Positions 47,390 through 56,530 of a stretch of 64,000 nt of DNA are shown piece by piece. The stretch is from Pedobacter sp. (lineage in GTDB: Bacteria; Desulfobacterota; Desulfuromonadia; Desulfuromonadales; Syntrophotaleaceae): positions 968,679 through 1,032,678 of the forward strand of contig JBFWJC010000001.1 of NCBI GenBank assembly GCA_050253415.1. Direction: 5' to 3'. How positions within the stretch are numbered: position 1 is the stretch's first letter; every line of letters starts with the position of its first letter. Under the pieces are notes generated by a model, which saw only the letters and a list, made by a program, of their open reading frames with translations, had not been told where the DNA came from and did no database searches. A program made the position numbers and the translations under genes.

Positions 47390-50143
47390 ATGCAGGAATT
47401 ATACTGGAAAGTCGATAGTCCCCTGGCCCGGCTGGCGGAACTGACCAGCTTTGCAGGAGATCTCTGGGAAAGACCGTTGCGGCGCGACGTACGCTCATTG
47501 GGTAAATTGCTCGGTACGGTGATCCGGGAGCAGGCAGGTATTCCGATCTACGAGCTGGAAGAAGAGCTGCGTCATGGTTCCATCTCCCATCGTCGTCTTC
47601 TTTACCATGCCAAGCCCCAGGACGAGGTCTGGCGCGACGACCAGCAACTGCAGGCCGCGGTCGGTCTGATCCGTGAGCTTTCCCTGGCCGATGCCGGTCA
47701 AATCGTTAAGGCGTTTTCCACCTTCTTCGAACTGGTCAATCTGGCGGAAACCCAGCATCGCAAAAGACGCTTGCGGGCGGTACGGTTGGCTCCTGAAGCC
47801 ATGGATAAACCAGGCTCCCTGCGCGGCACGCTGGTGCGGTTGCGCGACAAGGGCTTCAAGGCTGAGCAACTTCTCGCCGCATTGCAACACATCGAAGTGA
47901 TTCCGGTATTCACCGCTCATCCGACCGAGGTGGCGCGGCGTGTGACCCGCACCAAGCGGCAACATATTGCCTGGGCCCTGGAACAGCTGAACCGGCCATT
48001 GCTGTTCGAAGCCGAAGCCGCTGCGCATCAGCAGTCGATCCTTTGCGAAATCACCGCCCTGTGGCAGACCGAAGAAATCCGCCGTCATCACCCGACGGTG
48101 GAAAACGAGATCAACATGGGGCTCGATCATTACACGCCTTTTCTGATCCCTGCCCTGGGCGATTTTTATCCCGACCTTGCCGCGGCATTCGACGAAATAT
48201 TCGGGCATCAGCTGGCACCTTGCGATCTGCCAACGGTGGTTCGTTTCGGTTCCTGGATAGGCGGCGACCGCGACGGTAATCCGTCGGTAACCCCTGAATC
48301 GACCCGTATCGCCCTGGACCGCGCTCGTGGAGTCATTCTGGACAGCTACCTGCAGGACGTGGCGTTGCTCAGGGAGGTTCTTACTCCTTCCGGTTGCCGG
48401 GTTCCCACCACTGTGGCATTCCGTCAGGTACTACGCGACTACCGGGAAAACATGCCCGCGGCCGCTGCCCGCATGGCATCCTGCCCGGAATGCGAACTCT
48501 ATCGCCAATTTATGGAGGCGGTCGCGTATCGCCTTGCATGTACCCGCAACACGTTGAAACATGCCGATGCCTATCGGTCCGCGCGGGCGTTCCAGGATGA
48601 TCTGCTGCTGGTGCGTGTCAGCCTTGAGCATCATAGCGCTCATCGCCTGGCGCGACAGTATCTCGATCCGCTGCTGCGCAAGGTGGCAACCTTCGGGTTT
48701 CATCTGCATACCCTTGATATACGCCAGCATGCCCGCATGCACAGCCAGGCCGATGCCGATCAGGCCAACTGTCGCGTCGACAGCGCTGCGGTGTCCACGG
48801 TATTTGATACCTTGCAGAGTGTCGTGGCACTCAAACAGGAATTTGTACCGGAGTCGATCACCCGTTATGTCATCAGCGGTACCAGTTGCGCCGAAGATCT
48901 GCGGTTATGGCTGCGATTGGCCGAAAAATCCGGGGTGCAGGTTGGAGGCGATGCACGTAGTGGCGACCCTGGCCTGATGCCGGTGCCCCTGTTCGAATCG
49001 ATCGAAGATCTGCGTAATGCGCCGGAGATCTGCCGTCAACTTTGGACGGACGTGGGATACCGGCGGCAGCTCGATTCGTGGGGGGGCTGCCAGGAAATCA
49101 TGCTCGGCTACTCCGATTCCAATAAGGACGGCGGCATGTTCACCAGTACCTGGGAGCTGCATAAGGCTCAGCGGGCCTTGCATCAGATGGCAAGGCAGTG
49201 CAACGTCAGTCTGCGGCTGTTCCATGGTCGGGGCGGAACCGTCGGCCGCGGTGGCGGACCAACCCATCGCGCTATCCTGAGCCAACCCGGAGGGGCGTTT
49301 TTCGGTTCTCTCAAGATCACCGAACAGGGCGAGGTCATCAACTGGAAATATGCCGATTCGGAACTTGCGCAGCGCAATCTCGAGTTGATGGTCGCCGCCA
49401 GCCTCGAAAGCCTGCTGTGCCCCGACCTGTGCGATGTTGCAGCTAATCCCACCTGGGAGTCGGCGCTGGAAGAGATGTCCGCCATGGCCTTGGTGTTTTA
49501 TCGCCGGCATATCGCCGACAATCCCGATCTGGTGACCTATTTTGAGCAGGCCACGCCGGTGCTCGAATTCGAATTGGCCAAGATCGGCTCGCGGCCGTCG
49601 CGGCGCAAGTCCGCCGGTGGGCTCGATGACCTGCGTGCCATCCCCTGGGGGTTCGGCTGGATCCAGAGCCGCCACGTGCTGCCCGGCTGGTTTGGCGTCG
49701 GATATGCACTTACCGCCTTCGCGGAAAAGGGACCGGAGGCCAAGCGTCTGTTGTGCGAGATGATGGAACATTACCCGTTTTTTGCTGACCTGATTCGCAA
49801 CGTGGAACTGGCCCTGACCAAGGTTGATCTGCCCATTGCCCGGCGCTATGCCGAACTGGTCACGGATGCGGATCTCCGCGAGCGATTTTTTGACCTCGTG
49901 GTCAGCGAACATCAACGTACCCTGACGGCGGTACTTGATGTTACCGCTCAGACCCGCCTGCTCGAACATGAACCGAGTCTGGCCAGGTCCCTGCGGTTGC
50001 GCACCCCTTATGTCGACCCTTTGAGCCTGATGCAGATCGAACTGCTGCGACGTAAACGCAGCGGCGAGGAAAGCGATGAACTCAACTACCTGCTGGCCGC
50101 CACTATTCACGGTATCGCCGCGGGGTTGCGCAATACGGGGTAG
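47390..50143 (+). CDS. ppc: Phosphoenolpyruvate carboxylase
   Basis: VFTAHPTE, GGDRDGNP, MLGYSDSNKDGG, FHGRGGTVGRGG, LRAIPW and C-terminal LRNTG. Confidence 0.96.
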   Translation: MQELYWKVDSPLARLAELTSFAGDLWERPLRRDVRSLGKLLGTVIREQAGIPIYELEEELRHGSISHRRLLYHAKPQDEVWRDDQQLQAAVGLIRELSLADAGQIVKAFSTFFELVNLAETQHRKRRLRAVRLAPEAMDKPGSLRGTLVRLRDKGFKAEQLLAALQHIEVIPVFTAHPTEVARRVTRTKRQHIAWALEQLNRPLLFEAEAAAHQQSILCEITALWQTEEIRRHHPTVENEINMGLDHYTPFLIPALGDFYPDLAAAFDEIFGHQLAPCDLPTVVRFGSWIGGDRDGNPSVTPESTRIALDRARGVILDSYLQDVALLREVLTPSGCRVPTTVAFRQVLRDYRENMPAAAARMASCPECELYRQFMEAVAYRLACTRNTLKHADAYRSARAFQDDLLLVRVSLEHHSAHRLARQYLDPLLRKVATFGFHLHTLDIRQHARMHSQADADQANCRVDSAAVSTVFDTLQSVVALKQEFVPESITRYVISGTSCAEDLRLWLRLAEKSGVQVGGDARSGDPGLMPVPLFESIEDLRNAPEICRQLWTDVGYRRQLDSWGGCQEIMLGYSDSNKDGGMFTSTWELHKAQRALHQMARQCNVSLRLFHGRGGTVGRGGGPTHRAILSQPGGAFFGSLKITEQGEVINWKYADSELAQRNLELMVAASLESLLCPDLCDVAANPTWESALEEMSAMALVFYRRHIADNPDLVTYFEQATPVLEFELAKIGSRPSRRKSAGGLDDLRAIPWGFGWIQSRHVLPGWFGVGYALTAFAEKGPEAKRLLCEMMEHYPFFADLIRNVELALTKVDLPIARRYAELVTDADLRERFFDLVVSEHQRTLTAVLDVTAQTRLLEHEPSLARSLRLRTPYVDPLSLMQIELLRRKRSGEESDELNYLLAATIHGIAAGLRNTG

Positions 50144-50159
50144 ATGACAGGTCTGGAAT

Positions 50160-50187
50160 TGTAAGCTGTAAGCTGTAAGCTGAGAGC
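50160..50187. repeat. Tandem heptamer (TGTAAGC)x3 plus a degenerate TGAGAGC
   Basis: Seen directly between the convergent ppc and GNAT-like genes. Confidence 0.7.
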
Positions 50188-50193
50188 TGGTAT

Positions 50194-51060
50194 TTAATCG
50201 TGCCCGGTCAGGCGATAGTAGGCGTGGGGATGCAACCGTTTGACGATTTTATCCGCCAGCGGCGCAAACCATATCCGCGTCGGAATCCGTACGATGGAAA
50301 GTCCCAGTTCTTCTTTATATTGGCATAAACCTGGCGCCTCTCGGGCGTGAAGGCCATGCACGATCTCACTAATCGATCCTGAGCGGCGGCAGACCTGTAC
50401 CCAATCGAAAAACAATCCGAGGCTGATGTTGGTTTTCAGGTATTGCGAATGCAGAAACAGATCGTCCACATAAGCGGTTGCGCCGACCGCATAGCTGGTC
50501 AGGTAGCCTCCAAGTTTACCGTCCACCATCCCGCCAATGACAAGGGCTTTTTTCGACTCAAAGTATCGCCTTATCTGATCCCGGTATCCGCTGCGCGTGG
50601 GAACTCTGCCGTAACGGTTTCGGGCATGGGCCGAACAGAGGATGTCATACCCCTGGTCAAGAAGCAGACCCGGTTCTTGCAATGCGACAATACGAACCTG
50701 TGTGCGGAGTTTGCGCAGCTTGTTTCGGCAGCGGCCACTGAGGGTTTGCAAGGTGTAGCCGGACACGTCGGTGAGCAGGTGCAGCGGCATGCTGCCATTG
50801 GCCTTGCCGGCATCCGCAGGGTGCAGGGAGGTTCGAAATCCCCAGCATAGTGCATTGGGGCAGGTCGCTTCATCCAGGCTCATTCTGGCCATGTGATGTG
50901 TTGCGACATAGAAACCTGGATACCTTGCCCACCAGTACCGCCCCTTGTGGCGGATAATCTTTTCCCCCCTGAGAATCAGCCAGTCGGCAAGTTCTCTCTC
51001 GGTCATTGAAGCCAGCGATGCTTCCGTCGCATCTTTGAATCCGTGGCTGGAGACATTCAT
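50194..51060 (-). CDS. FemAB/GNAT-fold (Acetyltransf_6-like) protein
   Basis: LSGRCRNKLRK and GLCQYKEELG resemble Fem/GNAT signatures; central DGKLGGY strand. Confidence 0.55.
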   Translation of the reverse strand: MNVSSHGFKDATEASLASMTERELADWLILRGEKIIRHKGRYWWARYPGFYVATHHMARMSLDEATCPNALCWGFRTSLHPADAGKANGSMPLHLLTDVSGYTLQTLSGRCRNKLRKLRTQVRIVALQEPGLLLDQGYDILCSAHARNRYGRVPTRSGYRDQIRRYFESKKALVIGGMVDGKLGGYLTSYAVGATAYVDDLFLHSQYLKTNISLGLFFDWVQVCRRSGSISEIVHGLHAREAPGLCQYKEELGLSIVRIPTRIWFAPLADKIVKRLHPHAYYRLTGHD

Positions 51061-51175
51061 ATCGTCCTACCTCCCGCTTTCGGCATCGGGCTCGTATGTT
51101 CCCGGGGCATGCAAGGCTCTGCCTCGATTACGGCCGGAAAGGACAGGTTGGCACAATCTCACGCACATCCGTGTC

Positions 51176-51820
51176 TCAGCTATCATGCTGATTAATGGCA
51201 TACAGGGATGTTTCTCCAAAATATCCCAGCCAATTTGCCAGGCCAACGAGTTTAAAACCGTCTTCATACAAGTGGTAATAAGGTATGGTTATCCCCATTA
51301 TGTCGGACATGCCGTCGACAGCGATGGACAGAAAGAAAAAACCTAATGCCAGCGCCAGCGTGATGAAGTTAGTTTTGAGGATGGTTTTCCTGAAGTACAT
51401 CAGGTAAATATAGATCATGGAACCATAGGTCACGAAAATATATCTTTGCCGCCAATGAAAAATTTGGGGGAAGACTCTTTCGTGCAACAGAAACAAATCG
51501 TCCAGCAGGAGCAGACTGGTGATAAGACCGGATATGAGGAAAAACTTCGCCATTTTCCCAGTGTCTTTACTTTTGAAAATAAAAAATGAAAAGAAACATA
51601 TGGCTGCAGTCGCACACCAGAAGAGAATGGCTATGTTTGAGACGACTCCCAAAAAAGGTGAGGAATTGGTAATGTCGGCCGGATCCCTGGTGAACATGGC
51701 AATCGGCGTACCGCTGTGGTTGCTTACCAAAAAAACCGTCAGCAGTAGCAGCCAGCAGGGAATGTACAGGCTTAAGAGTAATTTAACCGATGCTGGCAGT
51801 TTTAACATGGGAAATTTCAT
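51176..51820 (-). CDS. Polytopic membrane protein of unknown function
   Basis: About 6 hydrophobic segments with intramembrane acidic motifs LLDDLFLLHE and EDGFK. Confidence 0.75.
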   Translation of the reverse strand: MKFPMLKLPASVKLLLSLYIPCWLLLLTVFLVSNHSGTPIAMFTRDPADITNSSPFLGVVSNIAILFWCATAAICFFSFFIFKSKDTGKMAKFFLISGLITSLLLLDDLFLLHERVFPQIFHWRQRYIFVTYGSMIYIYLMYFRKTILKTNFITLALALGFFFLSIAVDGMSDIMGITIPYYHLYEDGFKLVGLANWLGYFGETSLYAINQHDS

Positions 51821-51983
51821 GACCGCCCTTATTGAGAAAGATTGTCATCATTGCATGGTTTCGTTGCCCTGGCTCGTCTCCTGGGACCCTGTAATGCATA
51901 GGATTTAGTAAGATTGCGCAGAGATTTTGCGTGTCAGTAAGGCATGATATTCACTGTCTGGCCATAGCTAAACAGTGAACATA

Positions 51984-52883
51984 CTAGCTTGGGGAACCCC
52001 CCGGCATCCGCACCGGGAGATAGCGCTCCTCCGCTATTTTCAATTCGTCGACATTCTGCAAGCGGAAGACCTCCTGAACCGGTGTGATCTCTTTTTCCAC
52101 CCCCATCAGCGATTGTTGTTCATGGATCAGGGCCGCGGTCTTTTGCATGGCAGCAATACTCGATCGCAGCAGGTGGTTGGCCCAGATCACTAGACTGATG
52201 CCGGCCTCTTGAAAAACCGGGGTCGGAGTCTGGTAATACTTGGTCGGCACCACTACGACGGGGCAGGTGTCCCCCCATTCATTCATGAAAGCCAGGACTT
52301 CTTCCGCGGTGGATAATTTGCTGTGGATCAGCAAGGCATCCGCTCCCGCCTTATGGTAGGCCTCGGCGCGTTTCAGGGCTTCGCCGAGCCCCCATCCGGC
52401 AATGAAGGCTTCGATTCGCGCGACCACGCAAAAATCGTCGTCCTGCTGGGTGTCCTTGGCCGCCTTGATTTTGCCGGCAAATATGTCGATGGCTTCCAAG
52501 GGCTGGCGGGCATTGTCCAATAACGAGTTATTCTTGGGGAATAGCTTGTCTTCGATGCAGGCCGCCGCGACCCCTCGTTGCTCCAGTTTTCGCACCAGTC
52601 TGCGCATATTATTGAAATTGCCGTAGCCGGTGTCGGCATCGAGCATGATCGGGATGGAGGTGGCGTCGCTCATGAATTCGATGACTTCCAGCACCTGGGT
52701 CCAGCTTGCTTCGTTGCTGTCCCGCACCCCGAGGGCCGCCGAAATGGCCAGGCCGCTGCCCCATATGCCTTTAAAGCCGGTCTCTTCGACAATTCTGGCG
52801 CTCAGACCGTTGTGGGCTTCCATGAGGAACTGCAGATCCGGCGATTGTAACAGGGCTTTGAACTGGGACGTCTTTTTTTGCAT
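51984..52883 (-). CDS. pepM: Phosphoenolpyruvate mutase
   Basis: [26 protein letters not shown] (EDKX5NS signature), IHSK, VPTKY and IWANH. Confidence 0.95.
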   Translation of the reverse strand: MQKKTSQFKALLQSPDLQFLMEAHNGLSARIVEETGFKGIWGSGLAISAALGVRDSNEASWTQVLEVIEFMSDATSIPIMLDADTGYGNFNNMRRLVRKLEQRGVAAACIEDKLFPKNNSLLDNARQPLEAIDIFAGKIKAAKDTQQDDDFCVVARIEAFIAGWGLGEALKRAEAYHKAGADALLIHSKLSTAEEVLAFMNEWGDTCPVVVVPTKYYQTPTPVFQEAGISLVIWANHLLRSSIAAMQKTAALIHEQQSLMGVEKEITPVQEVFRLQNVDELKIAEERYLPVRMPGGSPS

Positions 52884-52909
52884 GGGAAGCCTCCGGGCGG
52901 TTGGAAGAG

Positions 52910-53875
52910 TCAAAGCGGCTGGTTTATTTTGGGCACATCGTATCCGGCCATTTGTCCCGACCGGGCGAAATTGTCGATGATGTCGATGATTCTGCGGCCG
53001 ATTTTCCGTTGGGAATCGATGGTCATAGCGCCGATGTGCGGGGTGAGAACGACATTGGGCAGGTCGGCCAGAGGGGATATCTTTTTGTCGCCCTCTGCCT
53101 GGTGCACATCGAGGGCTGCACCTCCCAGCCTTTCTTCGCGGAGGGCCTGGCTCAGGGCGACCTCATCCACGATTCCGCCTCGCGCCATGTTGAGGAGATA
53201 GCTGCCGGGTTTCATCAGGGCCAGTTCAGCGGAGCCTATGAGGTTGCTGGTCGTCGACTTCAGTGGGACGCAGGTGCAGAGGTAATCGGCGGTCGACAAA
53301 ACCGTGTGAAAATCGGTGAGGTGCATGCCCTTTTTCTTGAAATCAGCGGCGCGTTCCTCCGAGGGATGTTCGACGCAGCCCAGAACCTGCATGCCCCAGG
53401 CCAGTCCCATTTCGCCCAGCAGAGTGCCGATGTTGCCCAGCCCGACGATGCCGAGTCGCTTGTTTTCCAGCAGGTGTCCGGTCAGCTGGTGTTTGGCCCA
53501 CGTTCCTTCGCGCAGCAACCGGTCCGCGACAAGGATCTGGCGGGACAGGGCCAGCATCATGCCGAACGCCAGTTCGGCTACGGCGCGGGCCCCCGGTCCA
53601 GGAATGCGGACCAATTCAAGTTCGTTGGTGCGCAGATATTCCATGTCGATGTTGTCGAGTCCGGAACCGGCCCGGATCAGCAGCTGCAGGCCGGGAGCCT
53701 TGCTCATGAGGTCGGCGGTAATGTTTACTCCGCTTCGGAAAACCAATGCCTCCCGATCCTCTATCAGTGCCGCCAGGGTTTCCTCCCCGGCGCCGATGCC
53801 CGAAACCACATCATGCCGCCGTTGCAGGGTCTGCAGTGCTTCGGAATCGATCTGGCTTGCCAGCAGGATTTTCAT
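52910..53875 (-). CDS. D-isomer-specific 2-hydroxyacid dehydrogenase; candidate phosphonopyruvate reductase
   Basis: [39 protein letters not shown] and TPHIGA; 26 nt upstream of pepM. Confidence 0.85.
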   Translation of the reverse strand: MKILLASQIDSEALQTLQRRHDVVSGIGAGEETLAALIEDREALVFRSGVNITADLMSKAPGLQLLIRAGSGLDNIDMEYLRTNELELVRIPGPGARAVAELAFGMMLALSRQILVADRLLREGTWAKHQLTGHLLENKRLGIVGLGNIGTLLGEMGLAWGMQVLGCVEHPSEERAADFKKKGMHLTDFHTVLSTADYLCTCVPLKSTTSNLIGSAELALMKPGSYLLNMARGGIVDEVALSQALREERLGGAALDVHQAEGDKKISPLADLPNVVLTPHIGAMTIDSQRKIGRRIIDIIDNFARSGQMAGYDVPKINQPL

Positions 53876-55095
53876 TTTTCCTCCCCGAGTGCCCGGTCCG
53901 GGTCCCTTTTGCGACGTTCGCCCCGGTTGGTGAATAGCAGAGCGGAGCGCACCATGTCTCCCCAGAAGGGGCGCGGATCCGTCCATGAAAATATGGCGAA
54001 GGTCTTTTTGCCACGTACCGATTTCCGCCATTCCCTGAAGGTCAGTTCCCCCTTGCGCCAGTAATAAAAGGCTGAACGGAGGTCCTGCCGGAGATTGATC
54101 CACTTCACCCCTCGGTATTGCTGGACCCGGTTGTCGGGTAACGGCAAGCCGAGGGCGTCGCAGTACATGGTGTAAAGCAGATCGACCCCGCCGGCTTCGG
54201 CAATGGCTGACCGGCCGGTGGGGCGACAGATATTCGGCTCGACAATGAAATAGTCACCCGATCGTTGGTCGCGCTTGATTTCCATGTAAGCCAGTCCGCG
54301 AAAATCGACGCTCTGAAACAGCCGTAGTGTTTCGTTTAGAACAAAATCGTCGCGACATTCCTCGCCGAGGGAACTCTGACCCATTTCCGGGGGCCATTGG
54401 CGGAGTTTCCTGGCCACAAAGGTTGCCAGGGGTTGCGAATCTGTATTGAAATAGGCGTTGCACGAATAAAGATTGGCATCTGGGCCTTCGATCCAGTTCT
54501 GCAGGATGAAGCAGCTCGTGCCGGATTTGTACTGTTCAAACGTGGCGATCAGTTGTTCAGGCGTGGTGATTTTGAAGGCTTTGAATGCGGAGAGTTCATT
54601 CCACGCCGCGGTTCTATAGTGCGGTTTGAGGACGCAGGGAAAGGCGACCTTGTCCGTTGCAGAAATCAGGTCATCACGATTATAGATGAACCAGGTATCG
54701 GGAATGCGGAACCCGAATTTTTGTGCAAAGGCATAGAACTGCAGCTTGTCCATTAGCATTTCCACAACATCCGGTTCCGGTAGGCACAGGTGATACCAGC
54801 GGGATAGTCGTTGCCGGTTTCGCGAAACGAGCAGGACATCGGGGTCGCAGCAAGGATAAAGTACCGCCTTTTGGGACAGCTGTGCGCCGAGCCGCTCCAA
54901 CGCTTCCAACATGTTGTTGGTGGTGATGACCTGGCGGCAGCAGTTGGTGGTGCAGTAAGGGTGATCTTTGTTTTCCGAAAGGGCGATGACGGGCAGCCGG
55001 TGGCGTTTGGAAAGAATCCGGGCCGTTTGAAGGCCCTGCATGAATTCTAGGCCGGTAACGACTGCAAAAGGTCTGGTTTCTGCGGCTGCCTTCAT
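53872..55095 (-). CDS. ATP-grasp carboxylate-amine ligase (D-aspartate-ligase-like)
   Basis: DKLQFY, FPCVLKP, ILQNWIEG, RKLRQWP and MEIKRD...IVEPN; ATGA overlap with the dehydrogenase gene. Confidence 0.85.
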   Translation of the reverse strand: MKAAAETRPFAVVTGLEFMQGLQTARILSKRHRLPVIALSENKDHPYCTTNCCRQVITTNNMLEALERLGAQLSQKAVLYPCCDPDVLLVSRNRQRLSRWYHLCLPEPDVVEMLMDKLQFYAFAQKFGFRIPDTWFIYNRDDLISATDKVAFPCVLKPHYRTAAWNELSAFKAFKITTPEQLIATFEQYKSGTSCFILQNWIEGPDANLYSCNAYFNTDSQPLATFVARKLRQWPPEMGQSSLGEECRDDFVLNETLRLFQSVDFRGLAYMEIKRDQRSGDYFIVEPNICRPTGRSAIAEAGGVDLLYTMYCDALGLPLPDNRVQQYRGVKWINLRQDLRSAFYYWRKGELTFREWRKSVRGKKTFAIFSWTDPRPFWGDMVRSALLFTNRGERRKRDPDRALGEEK

Positions 55096-55360
55096 CGATT
55101 CATTCTTTCGGCAGAGGGGATGATAAACGGTCGGACGGGCGACAAGTTTGTTTCCCATATAGAAAAACCATAACGTCGGATAAATTAAAGTCAAGTTGCA
55201 GGACACGAGTCGGCCCATGGGGGGGCGGAAACACTGTGGACGGGCCCGATGGAGGTAGGCAGCGGAAACGAAGGTCTGTGAAAGATGACCCTCGATTTTA
55301 AACGCACTCTATGGCAGAATCGCCGCCGATTCGTACGCCAACCCAAAAGGATCGCACATC

Positions 55361-56164
55361 ATGGACCATCAATTGCTGGTCATCTTTTTCCTCACCTTCG
55401 TCATCCACATCATTGGCACCCTGGCCTACTCGGTGCGCATCGCCGGCACGCGTACCGGGCGCATCGCCATCTCTTTTTCCCTGTTCAATATTCTGGTGCT
55501 CGTCTCACGCCTGTCCAATTCCTTTCAGGCCCCTTTGCTGGCAAAACGGGTGGAGGAAGATCTCCTGCGTCAAAACCTGTACGGGGTGGAGGGGGATTTT
55601 CGCTGGTTGTTGTTTGCCGCGACCCTGGCGACATTGGCCGGCGCGATGCTGATTCCGACCTTTCAGCGACTTTTCGCCAGAGCCGTGGAGAGTTTTGGCG
55701 CCTCGCGGTCGCTACCGAAAATGCTGCTGCGGGTCATCAGTCCGGCAGGTATGGCTCATCTTTGCAATGCGGTGGTTCTGCCCGCCAGGGAGAATGTCAC
55801 CAGAGCCTGGAAGGGGGAAAGGATGTCGCTGCGCATAGCAATCCTGAATACGGTCGCCATGGGCGTGTGGACCGTAGGTGTGTTTGCTTCCCTTTATGCC
55901 GGGTATCTCCACCCGGACCTTCGCAGCACGGCCAACAGTCTCTCGTCGGTTGTCAACGGGGCGGCGACCATTCTGATGTTCATCATCATCGATCCGTATC
56001 TGTCCATCCTTACCGATGACGTGGCCGGAGGAAGGGCGGGGGAAGCTTACTTTCGGCGATCCATCGTCTGGTTTGTCGGAAGCAGGTTGGCCGGCACCTT
56101 GCTGGCCCAGGCTTTTCTGGTGCCGGCGGCGCATTTCATCGTGTTTGTGGCCGATAAAATTTAA
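55361..56164 (+). CDS. amj: Lipid II flippase, Amj family (DUF2837)
   Basis: TLAYSVRIAG, SLFNILVLVSR..N.FQAP, IPTFQR, LSSVVNG.ATI...IIDP and RLAGTLLAQ. Confidence 0.88.
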   Translation: MDHQLLVIFFLTFVIHIIGTLAYSVRIAGTRTGRIAISFSLFNILVLVSRLSNSFQAPLLAKRVEEDLLRQNLYGVEGDFRWLLFAATLATLAGAMLIPTFQRLFARAVESFGASRSLPKMLLRVISPAGMAHLCNAVVLPARENVTRAWKGERMSLRIAILNTVAMGVWTVGVFASLYAGYLHPDLRSTANSLSSVVNGAATILMFIIIDPYLSILTDDVAGGRAGEAYFRRSIVWFVGSRLAGTLLAQAFLVPAAHFIVFVADKI

Positions 56165-56314
56165 CCATGGCGAAAGGCTGACAAGCATGATTGGTCATGC
56201 CGGATCCGGGACTGTCAATTCCGGCAAAGGGCATGTGTTTTTTTTGGAAGGGCATTAAATCCGAATCGACCTGATATACTCGATAGAAACGTTCCGGATA
56301 AAGGAGGTGTCTCC

Positions 56315-56485
56315 ATGACCGGGAAAGATATCGGGATCAACGTAGCGGATGGTTCAGCGTTAAAAAAGGTCGCGTTTGAAACTGTGATCGGTGCCGACCG
56401 GCCCTACTATTGGAGCTGGTACCGAATCGTTTTTGAGGAACCGGAAACCCCGGCGGGAGAGCCTGTAAAAACCCCACCCAACTAG
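56315..56485 (+). CDS. 56-aa hypothetical protein, absent from the ORF track
   Basis: Perfect AAGGAGGT SD; MTGKDIGINVADGSALKKVAFETVIGADRPYYWSWYRIVFEEPETPAGEPVKTPPN. Confidence 0.55.
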   Translation: MTGKDIGINVADGSALKKVAFETVIGADRPYYWSWYRIVFEEPETPAGEPVKTPPN

Positions 56486-56530
56486 TTTTGGCCTGGCAAA
56501 ACGAGCCCTCCGCGGTCATGGGAAAAGGTT

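Noticed and set aside
51984..52883. Isocitrate or methylisocitrate lyase
   Set aside because: It lacks the KKCGH/KRCGH motif and carries the PepM-specific EDKX5NS.
52910..55095. A true vanHA glycopeptide resistance locus
   Set aside because: The ligase lacks D-Ala-D-Ala ligase signatures (GGxSxE, GSSxG), there are no vanX/R/S genes, and pepM is adjacent. The VanH/VanA comparison is only an analogy.
55220..55292. SAM-I riboswitch-like fragments (GGACGGGCCCGATG...GGCAGC...GAAAGATGA)
   Set aside because: The 5' ATC of P1 and the GGTGC strand of P3 are missing, so the core cannot be folded.
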